In this document: piece after piece, positions 63,982 to 64,000 of the stretch
Numbering within the stretch: position 1 is the stretch's first letter
Layout: each line of letters opens with the position of its first letter
Assembly: GCA_029775965.1 (NCBI GenBank)
Contig: JARVJU010000002.1
Location: 2,578-66,577, forward strand
DNA from: Nitrososphaeria archaeon
GTDB lineage: Archaea > Thermoproteota > Nitrososphaeria > Conexivisphaerales > DTJL01
Length of the DNA: 64,000 nt
Direction: 5' to 3'
The notes under the pieces: generated by a model
Databases searched by the model: none
What the model saw: only the letters and a program-made list of their open reading frames with translations
Told to the model about the DNA's origin: nothing
Made by a program: the position numbers and the translations under genes

Positions 63982-64000
63982 GCCAGAGATTACGAGATAG

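Noticed and set aside
1-64000. A search for CRISPR arrays, rRNA genes, intact IS elements or transposases, and integrases.
   Set aside because: I found no regularly spaced direct repeats, no rRNA-like conserved blocks, and no ORF with DDE, HUH, tyrosine-recombinase or serine-recombinase motifs.

Overview
This is a dense archaeal chromosomal window with about 60 protein genes, called from motifs I read in the translations; no database search was possible. I recognised no rRNA, tRNA, CRISPR array or intact transposase. Archaeal markers include TFB, aSUI1, deoxyhypusine synthase, archaeosine TGT, and ribosomal proteins S25e, L38e and L40e. TATA-like boxes sit roughly 25-36 nt upstream of several starts. 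Together with an ESCRT-III x2 / Vps4 (Cdv-type) division locus, this suggests a TACK/Crenarchaeota-like organism, but that is inference. Most of the content is housekeeping and central metabolism:
- a sugar ABC transporter plus a glycogen-debranching-type glucosidase
- sucCD, gdhA and a NAD salvage pair (nadE, pncB)
- a fused hydroxyacyl-CoA dehydrogenase/enoyl-CoA hydratase next to a thiolase
- tdh and kbl, aspS and cysS
- a PiT/DUF47 phosphate-transport pair
- envelope genes: an S8 subtilase, a giant MMPL/RND-type protein, a GT2, a PAP2 phosphatase and a GalT-like enzyme

The observations most worth a second look are:
1. A 145-aa mini-intein splits the conserved GYF/TKYGDG motif of NAD synthetase.
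2. An in-frame 51-nt-period duplication duplicates the conserved N-terminal strand of CysRS, and no canonical start codon lies nearby.
3. The catalytic motif I of a metallophosphoesterase lies upstream of any ATG/GTG/TTG, in frame with and separated by a single TAA from the preceding unknown gene. Both sit in a tight five-gene minus-strand cluster of mostly uncharacterised proteins.
4. A 1352-aa MMPL-type protein carries a roughly 750-aa ectodomain with ~45-aa LGYPxNS repeats and about 39 N-glycosylation sequons.
5. Several unusually long non-coding tracts (5.6-6.0, 29.5-30.8, 40.46-40.85 and 61.56-62.34 kb) contain strong nested helices, candidate structured RNAs and possible gene remnants.

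I did not find anything I can confidently call a complete new multi-gene system. The 33.3-37.9 kb cluster is the best candidate.
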